From a bacterium (GTDB lineage Bacteria; Bacteroidota; Bacteroidia; UKL13-3): DNA of 64,000 nucleotides. A model generated the notes under the pieces. That model was not told the DNA's origin and searched no databases. It saw only the letters and a list, made by a program, of their open reading frames with translations. The stretch lies in assembly GCA_034439755.1 (NCBI GenBank), contig JAWXAZ010000010.1:9786-73785 (forward strand), read 5' to 3'. A program made the position numbers and the translations under genes. This document shows, one piece after another, positions 1 through 8,494 of the stretch. Position 1 is the stretch's first letter, and each line of letters starts with the position of its first letter.

Positions 1-872
1 ACTAGACGCTCAATAATTTCCATCACGTCAAAAGGCTTGGTAAAATTAGCCACAGCCTCATACACATCAGCCATCGATTTCTTGGGCGCAATTGGTTCAG
101 CCCTATTAAAACCAGCCTTTTCGTAATCGCCAATTTTATCCAATATCCGTTTGATCCGATCCAAACATGCAGCATCATTTTCAAACTTATAATCGGTTAC
201 CCCGCTTATTTCGCAATGCGTGGAAGCACCACCTAAGGTTTCATTGTCTACATCTTCGCCAATGGCTGCCTTAACAAGGTAGGAGCCCGCTAAGAAGATT
301 GAGCCCGTTTTATCTACAATCATGGCCTCATCGCTCATAATTGGCAGGTAAGCACCACCCGCCACGCAAGAGCCCATAACGGCAGCTATTTGGGTAATTC
401 CCATGCTGCTCATAATGGCGTTGTTTCTAAAAATTCTACCAAAATGTTCCTTATCTGGGAAGATTTCATCTTGCATAGGCAAGTAAACGCCTGCACTGTC
501 TACCAAATAAATGATGGGCAATTTATTTTCCATGGCAATTTCTTGGGCACGTAAATTCTTTTTGCCGGTAATAGGAAACCAAGCACCCGCTTTTACGGTG
601 GCATCATTGGCCACTACTATGCACTGCCTGCCGCTCACATAACCCATTACCACCACCACACCCGCGCTTGGACAGCCACCATGTTCTGCATACATTTCGT
701 AGCCTGCAATGGCACCAATTTCTATTTGCGGTTTGTCTTTATCCAATAGGTATTCCACACGTTCGCGCGCCAACATTTTACCTTTATCCTTTTGTTTCGC
801 GGCTGCTTTTGCGCCTCCACCTTGGGCTATTTTTTCTAATCGTTGGTTAAGTTCGGTAACTAGCTTATTCAT
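1..872 (-). CDS. Acyl-CoA carboxylase beta (carboxyltransferase) subunit, methylcrotonyl-CoA carboxylase-like; 3' end lies outside the window
   Basis: Reverse-strand translation from ATG at 872: MNKLVTELNQRLEKIAQGGG...ARERVEYLLD..., with ANDATVKAGAW, YLVDSAGVYLPMQDEIFPDKEHFGRIF and GSCVAGGAYLP motifs typical of carboxyltransferases. Not in the ORF track because it is truncated. Confidence 0.9.
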   Translation of the reverse strand, partial: MNKLVTELNQRLEKIAQGGGAKAAAKQKDKGKMLARERVEYLLDKDKPQIEIGAIAGYEMYAEHGGCPSAGVVVVMGYVSGRQCIVVANDATVKAGAWFPITGKKNLRAQEIAMENKLPIIYLVDSAGVYLPMQDEIFPDKEHFGRIFRNNAIMSSMGITQIAAVMGSCVAGGAYLPIMSDEAMIVDKTGSIFLAGSYLVKAAIGEDVDNETLGGASTHCEISGVTDYKFENDAACLDRIKRILDKIGDYEKAGFNRAEPIAPKKSMADVYEAVANFTKPFDVMEIIERL

Positions 873-878
873 AATTTT

Positions 879-920
879 TGCTGTTGGCTATTCACTATTG
901 GCTGTTTGCCATTAGCAAGT
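879..920. repeat. Degenerate heptamer tandem repeat (about 6 units)
   Basis: tgctgtt ggctatt cactatt ggctgtt tgccatt agcaagt, immediately upstream of the carboxylase start codon. Confidence 0.5.
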
Positions 921-1022
921 TGTAGTCAACTAATTTTATTATTGCAATGATACAGAATCGAACAAGAATAGCAAATAGGGTTTATCGATAGAACGTCAAT
1001 TGTTCGTATTTTTATAGTAAAC

Positions 1023-2069
1023 CTAAAACACAAAGTTAAAAGATGCTTGATATAAAATTCCACGTAGGTTTCGGTTCATTTCATTTAGAGGTAAGAAATA
1101 ACTTACTTTATTGTCTATTAAGATGTTTTTGGTCTTAAGAAATTCAATCCCAATACTCAGGTTGACATTGGGAACAAATACACTGTTTTTGTTGTTGTTT
1201 TGGTTGGTTATAAATCCACCAACCTGATAACCGGTATAAAGGTTTAAGTACTTCCGTTTGCCTCTGCCAAAGTTTCGAGGGTAGAAATCTTGACCAAAGT
1301 TTATTAAGAACAGCTCATTAATAAGGGATGTGTCACTTAAGTTATTTTCTAAGACTTTGTAAACCCCAAGGTTAAAATAGCTTTTACCTCGTGTAAACAT
1401 GTACTTTACACTTAGTCCTTGGTATAGAGATGAACTAATACCTGTAGTTGGGTTTTCAATTTTTAACAGGCCATATTCAATACCGGGCATATTTACAAAG
1501 GACACGCGCGAATTGTTTGGTGTACTTAATTCGTCATTTATGGTAAATTTTACGGAACACAAACTGTCGTATACATTTTTATTATATTGGTTAACCTCTA
1601 CCTCTAAATTGGCTATGGTTGAAAGGTTATGGGAGATTTTATTGTATATGCTTTCTGTGTTTCTATTCGAATTTGGCAGCAGGGTGTCTTTAAGTTGATT
1701 GGTATAAATTTTATTCTCGAATTTGAGTTTTTCAATTTTGTTTTCTCGCTCCTTAACTTTTTGTTGAATGTTCTCTGTGTTAAACGTGTTTTGGGTAATA
1801 TATCCCAATTTATTGGCTAATGAATCAACACTCGATAAAAGGTTTAGGTCTATAAAAAACTCGCAATAATAGCGGGTAGTGCTATAATCTGTGTTCGATA
1901 TTAGGGCTTTATTTCGTTTAATAAAGAGGTTCAATTTGGAACTACTTTCATCAAGTTTGCTCACATAAACCTGAATGGTTTTGTTACTTGGAGCTTCTTG
2001 TGCCTTTGCAGTAAAAATGATACCCACAAGAAAAATTAGTGCCAAAGATTTAGTTATAGGTGAGCTCAT
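1023..2069 (-). CDS. Exported hypothetical protein: DUF4349-like/coiled-coil N-terminal half plus probable outer-membrane beta-barrel C-terminal half
   Basis: 348-aa ORF with signal peptide (AKA-Q), heptad-rich middle, alternating beta-strand pattern and C-terminal ...YQASFNFVF. Confidence 0.6.
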   Translation of the reverse strand: MSSPITKSLALIFLVGIIFTAKAQEAPSNKTIQVYVSKLDESSSKLNLFIKRNKALISNTDYSTTRYYCEFFIDLNLLSSVDSLANKLGYITQNTFNTENIQQKVKERENKIEKLKFENKIYTNQLKDTLLPNSNRNTESIYNKISHNLSTIANLEVEVNQYNKNVYDSLCSVKFTINDELSTPNNSRVSFVNMPGIEYGLLKIENPTTGISSSLYQGLSVKYMFTRGKSYFNLGVYKVLENNLSDTSLINELFLINFGQDFYPRNFGRGKRKYLNLYTGYQVGGFITNQNNNKNSVFVPNVNLSIGIEFLKTKNILIDNKVSYFLPLNEMNRNLRGILYQASFNFVF

Positions 2070-2421
2070 ATAAATTTTTTATTAGGTTCAAAGATAAAGG
2101 ATTTTATAGTATTTATCTTTTTATTGGCTAATTGGATTTATTTGGTCTACTAATTTATCCTAATTATAATTTTTGACCTGTTATGTGCCCAAAAGCATGC
2201 CTTGGTTAACTGCCAGATAACAAAAAACCACCTAAAGGTCTCCAATAAATACAATCTTCCCTTTAAGGATTCTTGTTTATGCATTTGCATATTTATTCAT
2301 AGCGAATGAGGTATCTATGCCCTTTTGAGTGTTTACTTATTTATTCTATCCTTGCTTAAAAGCAATATTGCTTTACTAAAGTCACAGATAATCAATTGTT
2401 TTTGAATTATTGTAAGATATT

Positions 2422-2453
2422 TTTGCTTGGTTACCTTCAAAACCATACTTTTG
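2422..2453 (+). promoter_or_regulatory. Bacteroidota housekeeping promoter (-33 TTTG / -7 TAnnTTTG) for the SRP RNA
   Basis: TTTG at 2422-2425, 20-nt spacer, TACTTTTG at 2446-2453, 5 nt before the RNA 5' end. Confidence 0.75.
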
Positions 2454-2458
2454 CGCTT

Positions 2459-2554
2459 GGGTGAGCCCTGTACGATCAGCTCCCTCTAATCCCCCCAGGA
2501 CAGGAATGAAGCAAGGGCGTGAGGTTGTAGCGATGCGATGCAGTAAGCTTGCCC
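2459..2554 (+). ncRNA. ffs: Signal recognition particle RNA (small bacterial 4.5S type)
   Basis: About 96-nt GC-rich hairpin: 5' GGGTGAGC pairs with 3' GCTTGCCC; apical domain IV motif CAGG-ACA-GGAA-TGA-AGCA; followed by a T run and preceded by a consensus promoter. Confidence 0.9.
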
Positions 2555-2706
2555 TTTTTTTATTCTCTACCGCAATCTTGGAAAAGGTGGATTGCCCAAA
2601 TCAGCACAATTCTTCCCAATCCCCAATTTTATTAAACCTAAAAAATGCACAGCCTACAAGCCCAAACAGCTTGCATAAAGCTTAGCTCTTCTGCTTCAGT
2701 TTTTCA

Positions 2707-3020
2707 TTTTCTTTTTGCCTTACATAACCTATTTTCATTTAGCCTTGCATAACCTGTTTTCTTTTTGCCTTACATAACCTATTTTCATTTAGCCTTACAT
2801 AACCTGTTTTCTTTTAGCCTTGCATAACCTGTTTTCTTTTAGCCTTACATAACCTGTTTTCATTTAGCCTTACATAACCTATTTTCATTTAGCCTTGCAT
2901 AACCTGTTTTCTTTTTGCCTTACATAACCTGTTTTCTTTTTGCCTTACATAACCTATTTTCATTTAGCCTTACATAACCTGTTTTCATTTAGCCTTGCAT
3001 AACCTATTTTCATTTAGCCT
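2707..3020. repeat. 25-bp tandem repeat array, 12 full copies plus partial flanks, consensus GCCTTRCATAACCTRTTTTCWTTTW
   Basis: Units start exactly every 25 bp from 2717 to 2992 (partial at 3017); variation only at unit positions 6, 15, 21 and 25. Confidence 0.97.
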
Positions 3021-3058
3021 GTTGCTTTAAATCTAAAAAAAAGCCAAAATTTTATTAC

Positions 3059-3106
3059 TATAAGTTGCTAAATCATTTAATTTTTTACTAGATTTAGCGA
3101 GTTATA
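3059..3106. repeat. 48-bp inverted-repeat site A (15-bp arm, 18-bp spacer, 15-bp arm)
   Basis: TATAAGTTGCTAAAT-N18-ATTTAGCGAGTTATA; arms 13/15 complementary. Confidence 0.85.
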
Positions 3107-3110
3107 AATA

Positions 3111-3158
3111 TGTAAATTGCTAAATATGGTATAATTTGTATATTTGGAGCGAGTTATA
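3111..3158. repeat. 48-bp inverted-repeat site B, overlapping the probable promoter of the ATPase gene
   Basis: TGTAAATTGCTAAAT-N18-TTGGAGCGAGTTATA, 52 bp after site A; overlaps the -7 element TATATTTG (3139-3146). Confidence 0.75.
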
Positions 3159-3166
3159 AATTAGCT

Positions 3167-4603
3167 ATGGGAACAAATATTATTGGTCGGCATAAAGAAT
3201 TGACGCAGTTTACAGCCCTAATGAAATCAAAGCAGTCTGAATTTGTGGCGGTTTATGGAAGAAGGCGAGTAGGAAAAACTTTTTTGATTAGAGAGACATT
3301 TTCTAATACATTTAGTTTTCAATTAACAGGTTTGGCCAATGCTAATTTGGCCCAGCAGTTAGTTAACTTTAGTGCTGCAATAAATAACTATTATCCAACC
3401 AATAAAATATGGCCAATTCCTAAAACTTGGTTTGAGGCCTTTCAACAATTAATAGGGTTATTAGAGAAGACGAAGCAATCAAAAAAAATAATATTTTTAG
3501 ACGAATTGCCTTGGTTAGATACTCCAAGGTCTAATTTTATTCAAGCCCTAGAGCATTTTTGGAATAGCTGGGCTTCTGCCCGCAAAGATATTTTATTAAT
3601 TGTTTGTGGTTCTGCGGCATCATGGATGCTCAATGTGCTCATTAATAACAAAGGTGGTTTACACAACAGAATTACCTGCAAAATGAAAATTGTTCCATTT
3701 ACATTAGCAGAATCAGAGTTGTACTTTCAATCGAAAGGAATAAAATGGAACCGATACCAAATTCTAGAAAATTATATGGTTATGGGCGGCATTCCCTTCT
3801 ACATGAATGCAGTTAAAAAAGGAAAGAGCGCAACGCAGGCAATAAATGAATTGTGTTTTGATGAGGATGGCTTATTAACAAGTGAGTTTGAAAACTTATA
3901 TGCTTCACTTTTTAGGCAATCTGCAAATCATATTTTGGTGGTTAAGGCATTAAGCAAAAAAGCGAAAGGTCTTAGCAGGGAAGAAATTATTAGCTATGCT
4001 AAAATACCTAATGGTGGAGGTACCAGCAAGGTGTTAATGGAGCTTGAATTAAGTGGTTTTATTAGAACCTATGTTCCATTTGGAAAACAAACCAAGGACA
4101 CTTTATACCAATTGATTGATTTTTATACCCTTTTTTATTTTAAATTCTTACATGATAGAAAATATAATGATTCTCGCTTATGGTTGAATTTACAAGATAC
4201 TCCCTTACATCGCAATTGGGCAGGCTATGCTTTTGAAATGGTTGCCATGCAACATGTATCTCAACTTAAATTGGCATTGGGTATTAGTGGTGTTCAAAGC
4301 AATATTGCTTCTTGGCGATACCACGATAGTGATGCAGGCGCGCAAATTGATTTATTAATCGATAGAAGAGATCAAGTAATTACCATTTGTGAAATGAAGT
4401 TTTCAATTAATGAATTTGTTATTGATAAATCGTATGCTGCAAAACTTAGAAATAAAATTGGCTCCTTTAAAAGAGTAAGTAAAACTAAAAGTGCCATTCA
4501 ACTTTGTATGCTTACTACCTATGGTGTTTCCGCTAATAATTATTCTTTAGATTTGGTTCAAAATGATTTATCAATGGATTGTCTTTTTTCTATAACTCGC
4601 TAA
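3167..4603 (+). CDS. P-loop ATPase (archaeal ATPase_2 / STAND-like) with winged HTH and C-terminal PD-(D/E)XK-like domain
   Basis: Walker A GRRRVGKT, Walker B IIFLDELPW, wHTH-like LSREEIISYAKIPNGGGTSKVLMELELSGFI, and nuclease-like QIDLLIDRRDQVITICEMKF. Confidence 0.9.
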   Translation: MGTNIIGRHKELTQFTALMKSKQSEFVAVYGRRRVGKTFLIRETFSNTFSFQLTGLANANLAQQLVNFSAAINNYYPTNKIWPIPKTWFEAFQQLIGLLEKTKQSKKIIFLDELPWLDTPRSNFIQALEHFWNSWASARKDILLIVCGSAASWMLNVLINNKGGLHNRITCKMKIVPFTLAESELYFQSKGIKWNRYQILENYMVMGGIPFYMNAVKKGKSATQAINELCFDEDGLLTSEFENLYASLFRQSANHILVVKALSKKAKGLSREEIISYAKIPNGGGTSKVLMELELSGFIRTYVPFGKQTKDTLYQLIDFYTLFYFKFLHDRKYNDSRLWLNLQDTPLHRNWAGYAFEMVAMQHVSQLKLALGISGVQSNIASWRYHDSDAGAQIDLLIDRRDQVITICEMKFSINEFVIDKSYAAKLRNKIGSFKRVSKTKSAIQLCMLTTYGVSANNYSLDLVQNDLSMDCLFSITR

Positions 4604-4638
4604 ATGTGGCATTTTAAACATAGATATAGCGAGTTATA
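4591..4638. repeat. 48-bp inverted-repeat site C, overlapping the ATPase stop codon (may also act as a terminator)
   Basis: TATAACTCGCTAAAT-N18-ATATAGCGAGTTATA; the left arm is the exact reverse complement of 3092-3106. Confidence 0.85.
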
Positions 4639-4648
4639 AAAATCTATG

Positions 4649-4978
4649 TTATAACTTTTTATTGTTTTTGTGCCTATCCACATCTCTTTTCGTTTTCTTT
4701 TCCATATTGCGTTCAAAGGCTTCCGTTAAGTTAATACCAGTTTGATTAGCCAAACAAATCAATACCCACATTACATCGGCCATTTCATCTGCTAAATCAA
4801 CCGACTCATCAGATTTTTTAAATGATTGTTCTCCGTATTTTCTGGCCATAATGCGGGCAACTTCACCTACCTCTTCCATTAAAATGGCGGTATTGGTAAG
4901 TTCATTAAAATAGCGCACTCCTGTGGTGTTTATCCATTCGTCTACGCGTTTTTGTGCGTCTTCAATTGTGATGCTCAT
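4649..4978 (-). CDS. MazG-like nucleotide pyrophosphohydrolase (YpjD family)
   Basis: LMEEVGEVAR and LADEMADV acidic metal-binding motifs; 109 aa. Confidence 0.9.
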   Translation of the reverse strand: MSITIEDAQKRVDEWINTTGVRYFNELTNTAILMEEVGEVARIMARKYGEQSFKKSDESVDLADEMADVMWVLICLANQTGINLTEAFERNMEKKTKRDVDRHKNNKKL

Positions 4979-5019
4979 AATTAATTTTTTTTCGATTTTA
5001 CACTACTTTAATTTGCAAA

Positions 5020-5472
5020 TTATGATTTATTTTTTGTGTCGATCCAAATTGTAACCGGACCATCATTAATTAAACTAACTTTCATATCTGCCCCAAATTC
5101 GCCACTGACAATTGTTTTCTCGAGGTCGTTGCTTAATTGCAATTTGAGCTTTTCGTAAAGGGGAATGGCAATGTTTGGAGGAGCTGCTTTAATATACGAT
5201 GGCCTATTGCCTTTTTTGGTATCGGCATGTAAAGTAAACTGACTCACCACCAAAATTTCGCCATGAATGTCTTTTAGGCTTTTGTTCATTACTGCATTTT
5301 CATCTTCAAAGATGCGTAGGTTTACAATTTTGTTCGAAAGCCAAACAAGGTCTTCATCACCGTCTGCATGCTCTATTCCCACCAATATCAGTAAGCCTCG
5401 TTGGATTGAACCGATGCTTATACCATTTACTTTTACCGATGCTTCTGTTACTCGTTGTATAAGTGCTCTCAT
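5020..5472 (-). CDS. dtd: D-aminoacyl-tRNA deacylase
   Basis: MRALIQRV, SQFTL and NDGPVT signature motifs. Confidence 0.97.
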   Translation of the reverse strand: MRALIQRVTEASVKVNGISIGSIQRGLLILVGIEHADGDEDLVWLSNKIVNLRIFEDENAVMNKSLKDIHGEILVVSQFTLHADTKKGNRPSYIKAAPPNIAIPLYEKLKLQLSNDLEKTIVSGEFGADMKVSLINDGPVTIWIDTKNKS

Positions 5473-6389
5473 TCGTAAATGTCTTCATTGCTCATCATAC
5501 TGAGGTAGCTTGTGAAACGCTCCTCGCTAATTTGTCCGGTTCTTACCGCCTCTTGTATAGCACAATCTGGTTCGTTTATGTGCTTACAATTATTGAACCT
5601 ACACTGACCAATGATGGGCTGCATTTCTTTAAAATAATGACTCACCTCGGCATCTAAAAAATCCACTAATCCAAATTCTCTTATACCTGGTGTGTCTACA
5701 ATATAACCACCAAAATTGAGGGGATGCATTTCGGCAAATGTGGTTGTATGTTGGCCTTTTTGTGAGTAATTTGAAATGGCTGTTGTCTTCAAATGTAAGT
5801 TAGGTTCTATGTGGTTTAACAAGGTCGATTTTCCAACCCCTGAATGTCCGCTAAGCAAGGATATTTTGTTACTTAATAAGCTCTTTAATTCGTCCATACC
5901 CTCGCCCGTTACAGTTGACGTTTTGAGGCATTGGTAGCCAATACGTTCGTATAATTCGATGGTGTAATCTAATACTACTTCAAAACCATTTATCATCAAA
6001 TCGCATTTGTTAAAAACCAATATTGCTGGTATGTGGTATGCTTCAGATGTAATTAAAAATCTGTCTATAAATCCCAGCGATGTCTTAGGAAAAACTAAGG
6101 TGATAATTAGCAAACTTTGATCGAGGTTACTGGCAATAATATGTGTTTGTTTGCTTAAATTATTAGCCTTTCTTATAATGTGATTTTTGCGTTCTTCAAT
6201 TTTAAAAATTATCCCATTATTCGAATCGGGTTCCATTTCAAATTCAACCACATCGCCAACAGTTATTGGATTGGTGTGCTTAATGCCACTGAGCCTAAAT
6301 TTACCTTTTAACCTGCAGCTGTGCAATACGTTTTTTTCGGTTCTAACCAAATACCAACTGCCTGTTGATTTAATAACAATGCCTTTCAT
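5469..6389 (-). CDS. rsgA: Ribosome small subunit-dependent GTPase A
   Basis: Circularly permuted GTPase (NKCD, GHSGVGKST, DTPG) and CxFxxCxHxxEPxC zinc site. Confidence 0.97.
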   Translation of the reverse strand: MKGIVIKSTGSWYLVRTEKNVLHSCRLKGKFRLSGIKHTNPITVGDVVEFEMEPDSNNGIIFKIEERKNHIIRKANNLSKQTHIIASNLDQSLLIITLVFPKTSLGFIDRFLITSEAYHIPAILVFNKCDLMINGFEVVLDYTIELYERIGYQCLKTSTVTGEGMDELKSLLSNKISLLSGHSGVGKSTLLNHIEPNLHLKTTAISNYSQKGQHTTTFAEMHPLNFGGYIVDTPGIREFGLVDFLDAEVSHYFKEMQPIIGQCRFNNCKHINEPDCAIQEAVRTGQISEERFTSYLSMMSNEDIYE

Positions 6390-6757
6390 GCGCTAAACCA
6401 TTTTAACCCTAAAAATGCTGCGGCAAATCCAAGTAAATTGCTCAGAAAAAAATAAGTCAAAGCCTTTATGCTTTCTTGATTTTTAACCAAATGAACTAAT
6501 TCCATTGAATAGGTAGAAAAGGTGGTAAATCCGCCTAAAATTCCTATAATAAAAAATGGACGAATGCTTTCTTGAAATTGTGGAGTGCCGCTGTATGACG
6601 CAAATATTGCTCCTAAAATAAAGCAGCCTAGAATGTTTACCATTAAGGTTCCAAACGGAAACTCATAAGGAATCAACTGTGCAATTCCACTTATGGTAAG
6701 ATAGCGAAGCACCGCGCCCAAAGCGCCACCAAGGGCTATCCAGATGATTTGATTCAT
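6386..6757 (-). CDS. crcB: Fluoride efflux channel Fluc/CrcB
   Basis: GGALGAVLRY, PFGTLMVN and GGFTTFST motifs; four TM segments. Confidence 0.96.
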   Translation of the reverse strand: MNQIIWIALGGALGAVLRYLTISGIAQLIPYEFPFGTLMVNILGCFILGAIFASYSGTPQFQESIRPFFIIGILGGFTTFSTYSMELVHLVKNQESIKALTYFFLSNLLGFAAAFLGLKWFSA

Positions 6758-6809
6758 GCCAGCAAGTTACTGTTTTAGGCTCATTTATCCCAAATTTTTC
6801 ATTTTGTTT

Positions 6810-6823
6810 TCGGTCTGAACCAA
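6810..6823 (-). repeat. Dispersed motif TTGGTTCARACCGA, exact copy (intergenic)
   Basis: tcggtctgaaccaa on the + strand. Confidence 0.8.
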
Positions 6824-7028
6824 TGGATGGGTTGAAAGTTTTTTACGCTCGATAATTTTGTTGAACCTTCGGCTATAAGAATTTTCATGATCCATCTTTT
6901 GATTTTCCCTTTGGTTTTGTGGCAATGTAGGCACTCAAACAAAAGAGAATTGATCCTATATTGTATAAAGGCCAATGCATTTTAAACCTATCAATAACTC
7001 TCTATCAATTGAATTGTAATCAAATAAT

Positions 7029-7057
7029 TTAAACAAATGATTAATATATTTGATTAA
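7029..7057 (+). promoter_or_regulatory. Probable TetR operator and -7 promoter element
   Basis: Imperfect palindrome TTAAACAAATGATTAA (7029-7044) next to TATATTTG (7045-7052), upstream of the tetR-family gene. Confidence 0.5.
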
Positions 7058-7099
7058 ATTATTTTTTTATGTTTTACTTCCCAGCGGAAATGTATTTTC

Positions 7100-7720
7100 A
7101 TGGCAAAAAAAATTGTACATAGCAAGGAAGATGTTCTTAATACCGAAGCCAAAATTAAACAAGCAGCCCAGGCAGTATTTATGCGCAAAGGCTATGCGGC
7201 TACGCGTACTAGAGTCATTGCCGAGGAAAGCGGAATTAACCTCGCCTTAATTAATTATTATTTTAGAAGCAAAGAGAATTTGTTTAACTTGGTTATGCTC
7301 GATTGTATGAAGGGTTTTATAGGAGGACTCAAGCAAATTCTTAACAGAGAGGATCTGAGTTTGGAAGAAAAATTAGGTGAAATAGTTGCGCATTACCTTA
7401 GCATGTTTAAAAGTCAGCCAGATTTGCCCTTGTTTATCTTGCACGAAATTAGGCATAATCCTAATGGAATAGTTAATACCTTAGGCATGAAACAAACCCT
7501 CACAAAATCGCATTTTTATCAACAGTTAAAGGCCGAAGGTCCACCAAAAATTGACCCCATGCATTTTTTGATGAATATCATTGCCCTCACCGTTTTTCCA
7601 TTTATAGCCTCGCCTTTGTTTAAAATTGTGGGCGATTTGGATGATGCCAATTATATGAAAATGATGAACGATAGAAAAAAATTAATTCCCATTTGGATGA
7701 AACAAATGCTTCAGAAATAG
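7100..7720 (+). CDS. TetR/AcrR family transcriptional regulator
   Basis: N-terminal HTH: KGYAATRTRVIAEESGINLALINYYFRSKENLF. Confidence 0.95.
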   Translation: MAKKIVHSKEDVLNTEAKIKQAAQAVFMRKGYAATRTRVIAEESGINLALINYYFRSKENLFNLVMLDCMKGFIGGLKQILNREDLSLEEKLGEIVAHYLSMFKSQPDLPLFILHEIRHNPNGIVNTLGMKQTLTKSHFYQQLKAEGPPKIDPMHFLMNIIALTVFPFIASPLFKIVGDLDDANYMKMMNDRKKLIPIWMKQMLQK

Positions 7721-7734
7721 TAAAGGTAATTAAC

Positions 7735-8494
7735 ATGAGATACTTAGAAAAATTAGCTTTGAAATTAAAGCTGGCCATGATTGCCATAGTTGTCTCTGCG
7801 GGCATTACTAAGGCACAAGATATAAGGATTACTTTACTTGAGTGCCAGAATAATGCACTAGAGAATTATCCGCAGGTGAAGCAACGTGCGTTTATATGGC
7901 AATTAAAGGATTACTTCATTTCAAAAGCCAACAAAGGTTACTTGCTCCAATTATAATTGATTGGTTAGGCTACTTATCAATCGGAGGTAACGCAATCTCC
8001 TATGCCCATTCCGGGTGTAAAAGTGGCAAGCAAAAATCAATATAAGTTTTATGGTGAGCTGAACCAAACGCTTTATGATGGTGGAAATATTCGCAATCAA
8101 AAGGGGATTCAAACTGCTGTTTCTGCCATAGATGAAAATAAATTGAATGTAGATTTGTTTGCCATGAAAGATAGGGTAATTCAGTTGTTTTTTGGCCTCT
8201 TAATCCTAGATGAACAACTTAAGCAAAATTCTTTGTTGCAAAGTGATATTACTGCAGCTTTAAACGAAACATCTGCTTCGGTTAAATAGGAAGCTAGCCT
8301 TAAAAGTAATGAAGAGTTGTTTTAAGCAGAATTTTTAAAAGCCAAACAACGTAGCATCAATCTTAGCGGAACCCGCAAGGCTTACCTTGATATGCTTAGT
8401 CTTTTTACGAACCAAAAATTGAGCGAAGATACCCAACTTGAAAGACCTGCCTTCCCAGGTTTAAGCAACAAAATAAAGCGGCCAGAATTGAACT
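7735..8494 (+). pseudogene. TolC family outer-membrane efflux protein, N-terminal part, disrupted
   Basis: One continuous frame reads as TolC (signal peptide, ALENYPQVKQ, ATYQSEVT, QTLYDGG, KRPEL) but has in-frame stops at 7954, 7966, 8287 and 8323 and ends abruptly near 8495. Confidence 0.85.

Noticed and set aside
2359-2374. Perfect 16-bp palindrome AAAGCAATATTGCTTT, with a 14-bp copy near 4297
   Set aside because: Very AT-rich, only two copies and no regulator can be assigned; may be chance.
2461-2685. 74-aa ORF in the track
   Set aside because: Overlaps the SRP RNA and starts within its first bases; no recognisable protein features.
2707-3020. Repeat array as a CRISPR array
   Set aside because: Units are contiguous with no unique spacers, are not palindromic, and no cas genes are in the window.
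3059-3158. 48-bp sites as Xer dif/pdif sites
   Set aside because: dif sites have an 11-6-11 layout with a TTATGTTAAAT-like XerD arm; these sites are 15-18-15 with a different arm.
7735-8494. Stop-codon recoding to explain the in-frame stops in tolC
   Set aside because: Both TAA and TAG occur, other genes in the window use them as normal stops, and the gene is also truncated by a deletion.
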